From Vicugna vicugna (lineage: Eukaryota), in the NCBI GenBank assembly GCA_013265495.1, contig MU057987.1:62001-126000 (forward strand): DNA of 64,000 nt. Direction: 5' to 3'. The notes below the pieces were generated by a model, which saw nothing but the letters and a program-made list of their open reading frames with translations, ran no database searches and had not been told where the DNA came from. This document shows positions 1 through 11,651 of the stretch, piece after piece. How positions within the stretch are numbered: position 1 is the first letter of the stretch; every line of letters starts with the position of its first letter. The translations under genes were made by a program, and so were the position numbers.

Positions 1-324
1 AGATCAGCCCCGAGGTGTGCGGGGCAGTTGGTTTTTATGGGCTTGGTAACTCCCTGTGCTAACACGTGAGAGGATTATTCCAGCTACTCTGGGGAAGGGG
101 CTGGGATTCTCCAGAACTGGGCCTTCACCCACTTTTTGACCTTTCATGGTCAGCCTTGAAACTGTCCTGGCACCTGTGGAGCGCCATTTAGAGTACTGCT
201 GCATTTTAATGGGCATATATTGAAGCTCAAGGTCTACTGGGAGTTGAGTCTTCCACCATCTTGGTGCTAACTGCTGTGCCATTTTTTTAATTGGTTGTGC
301 CCTGCCCCCTTCCCTCCTGTCTCA
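1..324 (-). mobile_element. ERV1 LTR, MER41-like (cetartiodactyl type), runs off the window edge
   Basis: Minus strand begins TGAGACAGGAGGGAAG at 324 and contains CCAAGATGG, GGCTGACCATGAAAGGTCAAAAAGTGGG and GGAATAATCCTC...CCCATAAAAAC blocks resembling recalled MER41_BT-like LTRs. Confidence 0.65.
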
Positions 325-1095
325 GATTGACTGATTAATTTTTCATTGACACTTCCATAGGGGAAGAGGAAGGCAAGACTGAGATCTGTGTTGGATGATG
401 TATGATCAGGGATACCGATTCAGAAGACAGTCTCACATCCCGCCTGTTCTCTGCCCCGCTCCCACCAATAAACTAAGGAGAAAACTAAGCATTTGATTAC
501 TTTTCTTAGTACAACAATAGAAGATGTTCAGTAGATGCAGAACTTCCAATGGCAGGGCATAAGCAGGGACACGGTTCTCTTGGAGGAGAAATATTTACAA
601 CCAGCCTGCGAAATTATCAGGATTGAAGGGCACTGATTTGCATGTACATACTAATGGCTCTGAACACACATTTAATGAAGAGAAATGGCCCTTGCAAAGC
701 CAGGCGCTCTCCATACGGGAAAACTTGAGGTTTGTGACATGTAAATTGAAAGTTCCCATCTTTTCTGATCATGAAGTTATTGCAAATTCATTTTTTGAAA
801 GCAGGGAAATTCGACGGGGATATCATCAACTTATTTACAGAACGGGATGACATGCAAAAATATAATAAAATGTGTTAATCAAGTCACCTTCCAAATATCG
901 GTAGTTGGTCATCAAATAATAATATGGTGATAATCCTCAGGCAAAGGAACAAAATTAATATTTTGAAAGACATTTCCAACTTCAGATAGAATTGAGAGTA
1001 AATGTGAAAAAAAATCTAAAGATAAAAAATGAACATCACCAGAGGGAGGGAGGTTTATGCAGAGCACTCCGAGAATAAACGAGAGCGGATGAAGC

Positions 1096-1694
1096 TGCTC
1101 AGAAGTGAAAACCGCATGGGACCCCATGGTCCTTCTAAACCTCCTAGACCCTCCCTGACCCTCCTTTCTGCCTCCTAGACCTTCCCTGAGTTCCAAAGGG
1201 CAGATTCAAACAGCTACTAATTAGAGGAGTGAGGAAATGTGAAAACAAAAGAGATGCGGTCAAGAAACAATAGCGCAGGATGGGGAGAGTCCTCAGGGGA
1301 TGTGCGGGACTCCCTGATACCTACCTCTGAGCTCCTCCATAGGAACTAAGGCCCCACCCAGGTGGAGGATGGTGACTTCAAGCTGAGCACAAGCATGTGG
1401 ACTCCAGACTATTTGAAGCCAGAAAGTCGACGATTGAGATGCCTGGAGAACCTCCCTGTTATTTCACCACCAACCAAGGACGGGAAGGTCACACACCCTG
1501 CAGCCCTCCCGCCAAACTGTGCCTATAAAAACTCTTCCCCCTGAACCACTGGGGGAGTTTGGGCTTTTTGACCACGAGCTGCTCAGTTCTCACTGCTCGC
1601 CCATTGCCATAAACCCTTCTCTGCTCCAAACCCCGATGTTTCGGCTTGTTTGGCCTCACTGTGTGTCCAGCACACAAACTTGGGCCCAACAGCA
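1096..1694 (+). mobile_element. Solo ERV1-class LTR
   Basis: TG...CA termini, TATA-like CCTATAAAA near 1522, degenerate polyA signal CATAAA near 1608, imperfect 5-bp flanks GAAGC/AAAGC, ~600 bp. Confidence 0.75.
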
Positions 1695-1734
1695 AAAGCA
1701 CCAGCGTAGCAAATGAGGTTTGCACGCCACTGCG

Positions 1735-1858
1735 ACCAGCATCAGAATCTTCTGCCATGTGTGTTAAGATAAAAATTTTCGGATCCTACCCTAAACCTAC
1801 TGAACCAGAATATTGCTGCTCTGTGCATTTTGTCAGATTCCCCCGATGACTCTCAGGT
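1735..1858. mobile_element. MER5A-like hAT-Charlie fragment
   Basis: CAGCATCAGAATC...GTTAA...CCCTAAACCTACTGAACCAGAAT...TCTGTGCATTTT resembles MER5A. Confidence 0.55.
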
Positions 1859-4800
1859 ACCCTTCCTTTGAGAGACACTGTCTGAGATTTTATAAAACAC
1901 AATGAGAGGTTCAGAGGTGACAGCTATAAAGAATATAAAGATGTTGTATAGGATGGGATTAAATGAGAAATCATGGTGTGTAACTGAAAAGATTGATATG
2001 AACTTCTTTAAAGAAAGAGTAGAGGTAAAGAGCAAAGATCAAGTTCATGAAATGACACTTGATTCCAGGGAAAGAAAATGAAATAAATGATTTAGAGTCA
2101 GGTACTCACAGTTTAAGAGAGAAGGTGGGAAAATCAAGTTTGTAAGGGACGGCAGTGTCTTGGGATGGGCCCTTATAACTGATAATTCCATACAACTTCG
2201 GAATACCGCTTAAGCAAACTTTAGGGTGCAGTTTTGAATGGCAAACAGGGAAAATACGATGAAATGGCCAGTACAGAGGAGTTTCTGTTCCTGCTCGGGG
2301 GCCACTTGTGCTAGTGGACAGAAACGTCTCCTGACCTACGTGTCCTTATCTCCCCTAACAAAATAATTGAAATCTTCACTAAATAGTGCTGCTTAAGGAC
2401 TAAGGCTAAAACTCAGGCCTGAAATAACGCCTGAAAATCCATAACCTGGAAGCAGGATTTAAATGCAATAAAAAGTCACAAAGAGCTCCAAAAAAAACCC
2501 ACTACCATGTGTTCTGTAATTTTAAGAGACAGTATGTTGTGAAATAATAATAGAGGCATTGCTGGGCCGAAGAACATGAAAGGAAAAATACCCTATAATG
2601 GTTAAAGAACACTTGCTCTGAAATGTTCCCCCAGTTGACATCCATTCACATGGAAACAGTTTTATTAAATACTGCGAGTTTTAAATTACACAGGTCTTCA
2701 GGAATTTGTCACTTGCATAAGATGCTGCTCTCCAGTGTTGCTGGGGTATATAAAGCACATGAAAGGAAGTTTCACACCGTTAACAGGAGAAGGAGGGGGG
2801 ACAAGTCCCATGTCATATAAATCCCGTGGAATTCAACCTATGAGTGAGAGAGAAAGGACTGCAGTTTTAAAATAGCATGCTGCCTTTAAGTTTCTGTGTC
2901 AGAGGGATCTTTATGACAGCAGTGTGCAGAAGGGCTGGACTAGAGGTAGAGTGGCCTGTTTGGGGACTAGTTTGTGATTAGGTCAAAGACAGTCGGGACC
3001 TAGCTGGGTTGGGGAATGGCAGTTTTGGGGAAGAAAGCATAACTTACAAAATATTGAGGCAGCCAGATAGCAAATATTAAGTGAATGCTGACTATGGGCT
3101 AACAGCTGTTTTCTGCCTTCGGGGGTAAAACCCACAGCACCTGGAGTTTGATGGGATGTGTCAGAGTAGCTAATAACCTGCTAGAGGAAGAAGAGAACAG
3201 GGGAAAGTTCTTCTGACCAAGATGTTCTGCAAAGGCTCTTTAGACCAAAGGGAGTTTGAATTTGGCCAAGAATGAAGGGCACACTTCTGAGAGGCAGATG
3301 CTGAAAAGCAAGGATGAAGCTGGCCAAGTCAGACCAAACCAACCAAACCAACGCCTGGATGTGGGCACACAATCCAGGTTCTAGAATGAGAAGCCAGTTT
3401 AACTGACTGAAGCATTGGGTCTTCCTGGTATTAACGGGAGATTAAGCTGAACGTTCTTGGAAAGGCACACTTTGCAAAGACTTTTGAAGGGGAGGATAAG
3501 GCCTTTGGATTTTATTCTGAATGCAGTGAATGGTCCCTGCAACACTTTTCAAAGCAAATTCCAGATCACACTTAACAAGGAAAGTTAAAGACGAGATGAG
3601 GGCCTTGCACTAGAGCATGAATCCAGCCTTGGAATATACAGGTATTTGATTTAAAAACAAACTTCATCACATATCAGTTATTCAATGATGCCTCTTGCAT
3701 TCTTAGGGTGTTTCTGGTAGACTGGGCCGGCTTTTTATAACTTAAACGGTTCATTATTTCCTGAAACAAGAATTTTATACTGTCCCAAGATCTGTCCATT
3801 TTTCTCCCATGTTAAAGACTTCGTATACATTTGCTACATCAAATTTCAAGATAGTTTGATAAAAATCTACTTTTACTTATTCTGAATTAGCACATTACAT
3901 TTTTTTTCTCATTGCAAATTTGTCTGCCACATCACATGCTAGCTACATTTCGCAGAAATTATTTGCATTAAATCAAATATTGCATTATTCTCCTTGCAAA
4001 ACATAAAGCACGGATTTAATCCAAAAGAAGACATTGCCAATTTCAGATCCTTCTTGTCTTCAAATTTGCAACTTGGACATCCCTGCTAATAGTTCTATGC
4101 TAACAGGATTAATGATTTTAAAATATTTGAAAAGCATTTTTAAGACTAAAGCTGAAAGGGCTTGTTTATCTATTTCTATCCAATTTCTACCTAATGGTGT
4201 TTGGACTGGTCTGCATGTTAAAGCAGGCTATACCTTTAAGCAAAAGCACACATTATCTTTTTCTAAAATCTGACTCAGAACACACTGCTTCTCGGAAACC
4301 TTTGAGGACTGACTTCTGGCTTGTGTTTTTGGTTCTGTTATTTAGCATCAACCAAGAGCTACAGCCCAGGTTCATCAGCAATCTTTAAGACCAACTCCTC
4401 CTCCTACCAGACAAATATTCAGAAGATATTCAGGCAGATATTCAGAAGATTCCATCACTGATAACTCCAAGGGACAATAGCTAACATCAACATATGGCAG
4501 TTCAATAGATCGGAAGTTCCTTCTGCATAAAAATATCCCATCAATTACACTGAGTCCATTATAGAAACTAAAGAGAAAACATTTTTAGACACTTCTCATG
4601 ACCTTTACCAAGTTCAAGGCAATCCTGATCTAGATGGTCAGAATAGGTTTCGGTGGGGAAGGGAGGGAAGGAGAAATATTCCGGTTACGGGGGGAAAAAG
4701 CCTTTGCAACCCACTCTGAGAGAGAAAGAGAGCTCCTGGGGTGGGCGGGAGAGCTACCAGCTCGAGATGAGCTCAGATTGTGGCTAATAGTTTGGATCCC

Positions 4801-5849
4801 CCAAGGGCTCAGTTTTCATTACTCCTGATGGTAGCAAAATTCCTCAGCTGTTTGTAAAATCAGGCAGGTTCTTGGAATGAGGACTGATTCTCTCAGAAAA
4901 CTGACCAAGTGAGAACACAGGTACATTTTGCTCCCCGCTCACCTCTGAGCCTCTCAGACACATGGATGGGGCTCAGTAGGGTTCTTTTGTTAGACCTCTT
5001 TGCGCTGTCAATATAGACAAAGCAACGTTTGATGGGTGATGAGAAACTAGAAAGTACAATGATAATACAGCCTTAAAATGTATGCATAACATTGCTTTCC
5101 TGGGCCACACTGTTCATAGAAAAGTCAAAGATCCTATATTCTATATTTAGGAGCTTGAGTTGAATTTACACTCACAGTTATTGGACCACAGTTCTATCAA
5201 CCACCACTCCAGTGGCCACTGTGACACTTTCAAGCTGAGAAAATACACTGTCAGTGGTCAGGGTGGAGTGTTAACTATAGTAAGAGTGTGACATGAGGGT
5301 TCTCCTTGGTAGGGATCAGTTTGCAAAGACAATCAGTCGTGGTAGCTGCAGTGCCCTAGAGCCACTGGGGTGGAGGTAGAGGACCTCTCCATCATCTTAG
5401 AACACCATTGAGAACAACGTCTTGGAGACCAGAAATCCATAGAGAGCAATGAAGATCTTTTAACTTGACAAAGGGAGCAAAAAAGAAAGGACGTAAGTGT
5501 GAAGGGCAGGACTCCATCACTTCAGGGACCGGTAGTCTCTGCAGGAATAAGCACGGGTACCGGACTCAAGGGAGAGATTAGAAAACCAGCGATAAAAGAG
5601 CTGAGTATTACGCCAATGATTAAGAGCATGGGAGTCCTCAAAATCGGCTGATCCTTATCCATCAGTTACTCTTAAAATATGACCTGACCAGATACTAAGC
5701 TGCTTGGGTTACATATTTTTTAAGAATTACCAAAGGGCAGAGAAGCATAGCCAATATTCACTCCCCTTCTCCAGCCATTCACTGCCCCATCACATCCATC
5801 AGCCTCCTGTTCAGCCGTCAGCCTCCCTCTCCCCTGACCCACCAGGAAC

Positions 5850-6425
5850 ACTGTGACCCTAGACTTCCGCCTGGGAACCAGAAGTAACTTCTGAGGGAAC
5901 ACCTGATTTACGACTTTTTGGTGTGGGACACGAATGTAAATAGGGAGGACCTCTGGCTAGTCTAACCCCAAAGAGCTGGATCCCAGAAAGGGAAAGGGCC
6001 AGGCGAGGCACGGGGTCAGAGAGCGGGCTTTTGTAGACGGAGAACATCTGCCCCACCGTAAAGCGGTTTGGGTTCCATGTAGGCTAAACCAGCAAACGAA
6101 GGGCCAATGACAAGACGACATCCCCGAGGGTGTAGCCCAGGAAGCCTGAGTGAGCGAGAGAAGAATCAATGAGGCGGGAGCAGGAAGGTGGAGTTCGTGG
6201 CTTCATTGCAGCCGCTCACATACAGGATTTCGGTGGACTCTGAGCTTTCAAATATACGGCTAAAAGAGGAAAGAAAGGGCATGAGAGAGACACAAAAAGG
6301 AATGAACAGAGCCTCCTCGGTTGTTATCTCTACCAAAGGAACCCACAGAGGGGATAATTTAGTGCCTCCGTTAACCACCACCGGAACTCTGCGTTGAGCA
6401 GTCAGTGTTTACTCTAAAATACGCA
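5850..6425. promoter_or_regulatory. Weak CpG-island-like, promoter-like unique segment
   Basis: About 23 CpGs in ~570 bp (manual count) against a CpG-depleted background; ETS core ACTTCCG 5863-5869, CCAAT 6104-6108, GC-box-like GAGGCGGGAG 6171-6180. Confidence 0.35.
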
Positions 6426-6684
6426 GCCAGTAACTGAAGCTGACACTGATCTTGGCAGAATTACTTAACAATTCTCTACCCCTGTTGGATGAGCCTCCTC
6501 CTTGAAGAAACCTCACTTCCCCACCCAAGAAACTGCAGTCCTTTGTTCCCTTAAATCCTTCTCAGAAGCCTGCAAAAAGATATTTTTTGAACCTCAAGGA
6601 ACTATTTTTAATTAAACATAGCAAACATTAGTATTCCAAAGAGAGAGTGATGGTGTGGAATAAATTTAAGTTCTTCCTATGAAT

Positions 6685-6707
6685 TATATATATATATATA
6701 TATATAT
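6685..6707. repeat. (TA)n microsatellite
   Basis: About 11 perfect TA units. Confidence 0.95.
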
Positions 6708-6803
6708 GTAAAATATCCACTCTCATTATAGAAAAAAATTCTCAATTGCATGTCCACATTTTAAAAGATTAATTCTTATTAAAAATGCGAAACCTTAGGT
6801 CAA

Positions 6804-6920
6804 AGGACAAGAATTATTTTATTTTATTTATTTTTTTTCAGCTTAAACTGAATATTATTTACCAATATAATCAACCATAATGTGTCATTGAGTCAATGCT
6901 CACAGGACAAGAATTATTTT
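6804..6920 (-). mobile_element. Short retro-insertion of unidentified sequence (83 bp plus 17-bp TSD)
   Basis: AGGACAAGAATTATTTT at 6804-6820 and 6904-6920; T-rich tail 6821-6838 (polyA on minus); ~65-nt unique body. Confidence 0.85.
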
Positions 6921-8969
6921 GAAACATTCCTTTTAATTGAAGGAAGAAGGAATAGTATGACAGAGTTAATTAAAATACTGTCTGCTATTATCCGTTATGT
7001 GGCCCTTTGTAAAAACATAAGACTCTTGCATGCTACATCTGTGGAAACTATAACCCGAAGCAAAGTGTTTCCTCCAAATTATCTGGTACACGAGACAGAA
7101 AAATTTTCCCATACATTGTTTATTGCCACTTCCTGCCAAATCAACTTTACAAACAACCCCTCGGGAATCTTAAATGTTGTTGAAACATCCTCCAATTCAC
7201 AGTCTGCCAACCCGCAGTGGTAAGCTTCTTGGGAGAGCGTTAGAGCTTACAGTGGGCTGGAAATAGGTAGATACACTTTGCTGCAGGCAGGCCAGGAGCC
7301 AGGCTTCCTGAGAACTGAACTCCAGGTAGAATTCATTGTCTTCAGCTCAACTGCTGAAGGTCAGCCACCACCTGTACTGAGGGCTTGGGTGTGCTCTAAC
7401 AGCTTCTTTGGGAAATGGTTGAATACTTCCCCTGGCTGTCAGAAACACGGTAAAGCAGCTCTAGTTGAGAAAGAGAACGTCAATCTCTTTTTCTTGGTCG
7501 TAAGGAATTCTGAATCGAGGCTTTTCAGTGTCATGGTTAGAGAAGATGGTGTGTGCATTACAGACGCAGGTCAAGAACTTAGGCAGAAAGCTTTTCTGAA
7601 CATGTTCCCAAGGTGAAAATGAGTAAGCCATATTCCGTATCTACTTACATATTTATCTCTGGGTCTTTTAGCACTATTCTTATCAATAGGACTTTAAGTA
7701 AAAGTTTTCTTTAAATATCCAGCCTCTTTTCAGTTTTGCTACCAAAAAAAAAAACAAGTGCTGGAAGAAATAGTACCCCAGAGGCTAGGAGAGTGTTGAC
7801 AGTAGAAAAAGTGAAGTGTCCCCAAGGTCAAGGTGTAGTAGAGGGTTAGAGTTGGGAAGACAAGGTTCTACTGGCCATCTTCGTAGTCTTCATCCAGGGT
7901 CTGAATTCAAGCAAGGGTTTGATTTTACTAGATGTGGCGGTGGTTTTTCTTATTGCTCTTAGTGTGAAACACTGTACTAGACACTTGGATCATAAAATAA
8001 ATATGACACAGTGCCTCAAAAGAGAACAAGTTATCTTGGCTAATTTGACTTGGCTTTTGTTAACAATTTTGACTTGAAGGATAGTTGTCATGTAGCTATG
8101 TCAAAATACAAAGTGATTATTTGGAAGCAGCAATAATATTCACAATAAAACCTCACCTAATCTCTGACCCTCTTTCCCCTCCTCCCTCCTCCATACTCAT
8201 GGATGAGAAATGGGTTGGGGCCAAAGATGGGAGGAGACATGCTCATTTTTCATTTCAAACACTTAAAATGTAATAGCTAATTTTTAAGGCCATATATAAA
8301 AGCTATCTCACTGTGTATACATCTAAATGGCTTTAAATAGTCTTCATGGAAAATTATTGGTCTCCTAAAATTTATGGGTCTCAGTAGGAATAAGCAGCAT
8401 CCACCTGGGTCATCTGGATTACCCTGGAGAGCAGTCCCGCTGCCTACTTTTGCAAATACTCAGCGTTGAAAAGTTAATGGGAGAACTACTTCAGATCTAG
8501 AGCAAACTTGGAGAAGCAAAGTATCATCCATGGTTCCTTGTGATTCATCTGAGTAGAATCCTGGGTGCGACCAACAACCGATCTGTTGACTTCGTTGATC
8601 ATGGCTTCCGGGTTACTTTATTGGCCAGATGGCTCTGTGCACTTCTGATCGTAGAAGCTAAGAGGAATTTGATCAAGATATGCACTCTGGATACATGCTG
8701 GTTTCTAATCAACTCCCTCAACAGTTCTTTTCAACTGAGTGAGATCTGATATTCCTGCCGAAATTACTCATCTTCCCACTGCAATGCAGCATTCCCCGAA
8801 GTATGTGCTACAGAATGTTAGCGTCTTGGATTTTAGAAAGCATTCTGTGGAAAACAGGTTTACTGATCAAATGAATATGGCAGAGCTTGCCCTAAACAAT
8901 GTGGAATGGATTTCTTTATTCTAGGATTTCTCAAAACCCCAAATCATGCAGTCAGGGAAGTGAATTTGC

Positions 8970-9110
8970 TTTCAGACTTATTTGTGTCTTAACTCTACCT
9001 CTTACTAACTTTGACCTTGAGCAAGTTATTTAATCTTTCCAAGGTTTAATATGCTCATCTCTAAAATCAGGATACAAATACCATATTATAGAATTGGTCA
9101 GAATTGGATT
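8970..9110 (+). mobile_element. MIR SINE fragment
   Basis: Core CTTACTAACT-TGACCTTGAGCAAGTTATTTAATCT...CTCATCTCTAAAAT. Confidence 0.6.
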
Positions 9111-11004
9111 AAACAAAATAAAATACCTAACTAAATTGGTAACATTTTCTATTTGTTTTGGGGATTCAATTTATACTATGATGTTTCTACATCACTATGC
9201 AATTTAGATTATGTCTTTGGTATACCAAAAGTGTGGATTCAATTTCAGTGTACAAACAAAGCAGAGGTACAGCGGATAGCTTGTAATTCTACCTAATCAT
9301 TCTTCTATTAGATGCCGTGCTGGGAATCACGCTGCAAATCTTTGGGAATTAGCTGCCCATTTCATGCCCTTTTTTAATGTGACCTTAGTGTTACCCTATA
9401 TTGGCCATTGATTTTTCTATTGGAATTCTACAGGCCTTTAAATGGCCCTGCACTAACGATGCCAATGTATGTTTAAGTACTGAAAAGTTAAAATGGTGCT
9501 TCCTGTACACAATGTGTGCTCTTGCAGAGAAGCTAAACCTCATTAGAGGCCCTGTCCTTTGTTCTCAAATTACTGTGAGCCGAGTTACCTGGCTTGCCTC
9601 TCAAGAGTCATTAGGATATCCGAGCTCTGAATTCCTAGCCACTTATTGTCACACCATCCGTCTTCAACAAGGCTCAGTGAATATCTCTGCAGAGGTCACC
9701 ATATTGGCAATAGTTCAAGTGTTGTTTTCAACCCCAAAAGAACTTAAAGTACGCCTTTTTTTTTTTCTCTTCAGAATCTTTCCAGCCTGTTTCATAACAG
9801 ATTACATTTCAGGGATGGAGAGGACGTTTAAAATTCTCCATTCTCCATCGAACACTTTGTAAGCATGCGCTTAAAAAAGAGAGAATCCTGACTGTAGATG
9901 AGAAACCTAGTGACACAGTATTGTTTACTGCATCTTACTCTCTGTCTTTGAATGAGGGGCATTCCATTGTCATGCTACCATAGGCAGGTCTGAAGGATGG
10001 CAGCAGGTAAGTACGATGACCTTTTTGTGTGAGAGACTGGACTGGATATGAAACTTACTTAAGGAGCTAAATAAATATTGCTTGTTGTTTCCTATTAGGC
10101 ATATTTGACGTCAAAGGTGGGGAATTCCAAACCCTTGTAGGACAAACGGGCTGTAATAAAGACTTTCAGGGAGGCTATGGGCTTTGTGTGGCAGGATGAC
10201 TGTCACCTCTAAGTACACAATTTACGCCAGTCAATTAATCTAAAAGTGGTTATTGAGCACACACTCTGTGCCAAGTTCATATGCCAAGCTCCAAGAAGCA
10301 GCACAGAGGACCTCTGCCCTCAAAAGTTGACTATCCAAGACCTGGAGATTCAAATGATGGAAGGCAAATAAAAGGCAATAGATAAAGGTGTGGAGCACAC
10401 TGCAAATCCTGCAGGAATCCAGAGAGGAAAGATCTTAGTGGGCTGTCGACAAGCAAGCTGGCTTTCTTGGAGGAAAAGAACTTGGTCTGGAACTTTGAAC
10501 CACAGTAAGACTGCATTGGCCAAGAAGAGGAGGAAAGAGATTCCTGGACATGGAACAAGATTGGGTAAAGAGCAGACTGAGTGAAGAACCCAGTAAAACC
10601 ATCAGTGTGAGTGAAATGAATTAATAATGATCATTTTGGACAGGCAGATTAGAGGACTTGAAGGAAAGCTCCGAATCTGTAGTTTGACCTTGATGGATAG
10701 ATCATGGGTGATAGTGTAGATTCTTTAGCTAAAAATGATGATAAGGGCACAGCACCACAGGAACATAAATTGGATGGTTTTCATACTGGATGGGTTAGAA
10801 ATGAAGAAGAGAGAGAGAGGTGCCTGGGATGGTCTAAGACCGAGGACTTGGATGAAAGTCATAGCAGGGGGTTGGCTAGGAGATGAACAGAGAAACACTG
10901 AAAGGGACATTAGGCAGGAACATCTGAGTGATAATCTGAAATGCTTAATTAGTGACATGGAGAAAGTATTACACCTAAGATTCAGCATATGAAACGCTTT
11001 AAAA

Positions 11005-11210
11005 CTCATGGCTTTTAGAATTACATCTGAACACCCCAGCTTGCTTCTTAGCAACAGTGTGACCTCAGGAAAATTATTAAATTCTCTGTACCTAAATTTT
11101 CCCAAATCTAAAGTGAGATGTAAATTTTTTTAATGTGAAGATTAAACAAGATATTGGTAAAATGTCTAACAAGTGCCTGGCACTTACTTGATAGGCACTC
11201 AAGAAATAGT
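11005..11210 (+). mobile_element. MIR SINE
   Basis: GTGTGACCTCAGGAAAATTATTAAATTCTCTGTACCT...GTGAAGATTAAA...AGTGCCTGGCAC...TAGGCACTCAAGAAAT. Confidence 0.75.
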
Positions 11211-11291
11211 AGATCTTTGTTCCACTTACGTACTCCTAAAACATTCCATAGGCAGCTGGAAACTGGAAGTCAGGTTCAAGTTCAGTGGCCA

Positions 11292-11651
11292 TGTGATGGT
11301 CTGAATGTTTGTGTCCCACCCAAATCCATATGTTGAAATCCTAATCTCCAATGCAATGGTACTTTGAGGTGAGGCCTTTAAGAGGTATTAGGTGTTGAGA
11401 ACGAAGTCCTCATGAATGGAACTAGTGCCTTTATAAGAGGCAGAAAGAGACTTCCCTGGTCCCTTTTACCATGTAAGGCGACAGTGAGAAGATGGCCATC
11501 AATGAGGAATTTGGCTCTTACCAGACCCTGAATCTCTCTGCATCATGATCTTGGACTTCCCACCTCCAGCAGTGTTAGAAATAAATTTCTGTCCTTTATA
11601 AGCCACCTAGTATATGGCATCTTGTGATAGATGCTCGAATGGACTAAGACA
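11292..11651 (+). mobile_element. MaLR solo LTR, MLT1A0-like
   Basis: Starts TGTGATGGTCTGAATGTTTGTGTCCC, has AATAAATTTCTG, ends GGACTAAGACA; 360 bp. Confidence 0.9.

Noticed and set aside
2110..2354. Possible minus-strand exon between TTGTTAG and GTGAGT
   Set aside because: Stops in all three frames and no other support.
4410..4452. Three short repeats of ATATTCAG(A/G)
   Set aside because: Simple 11-12-bp tandem slippage with no spacers; not CRISPR-like. No CRISPR, operon or other prokaryotic signature anywhere in the window.
9401..9862. 153-aa ORF
   Set aside because: TTG start, no recognisable domain, runs through a polyT tract; length expected by chance.
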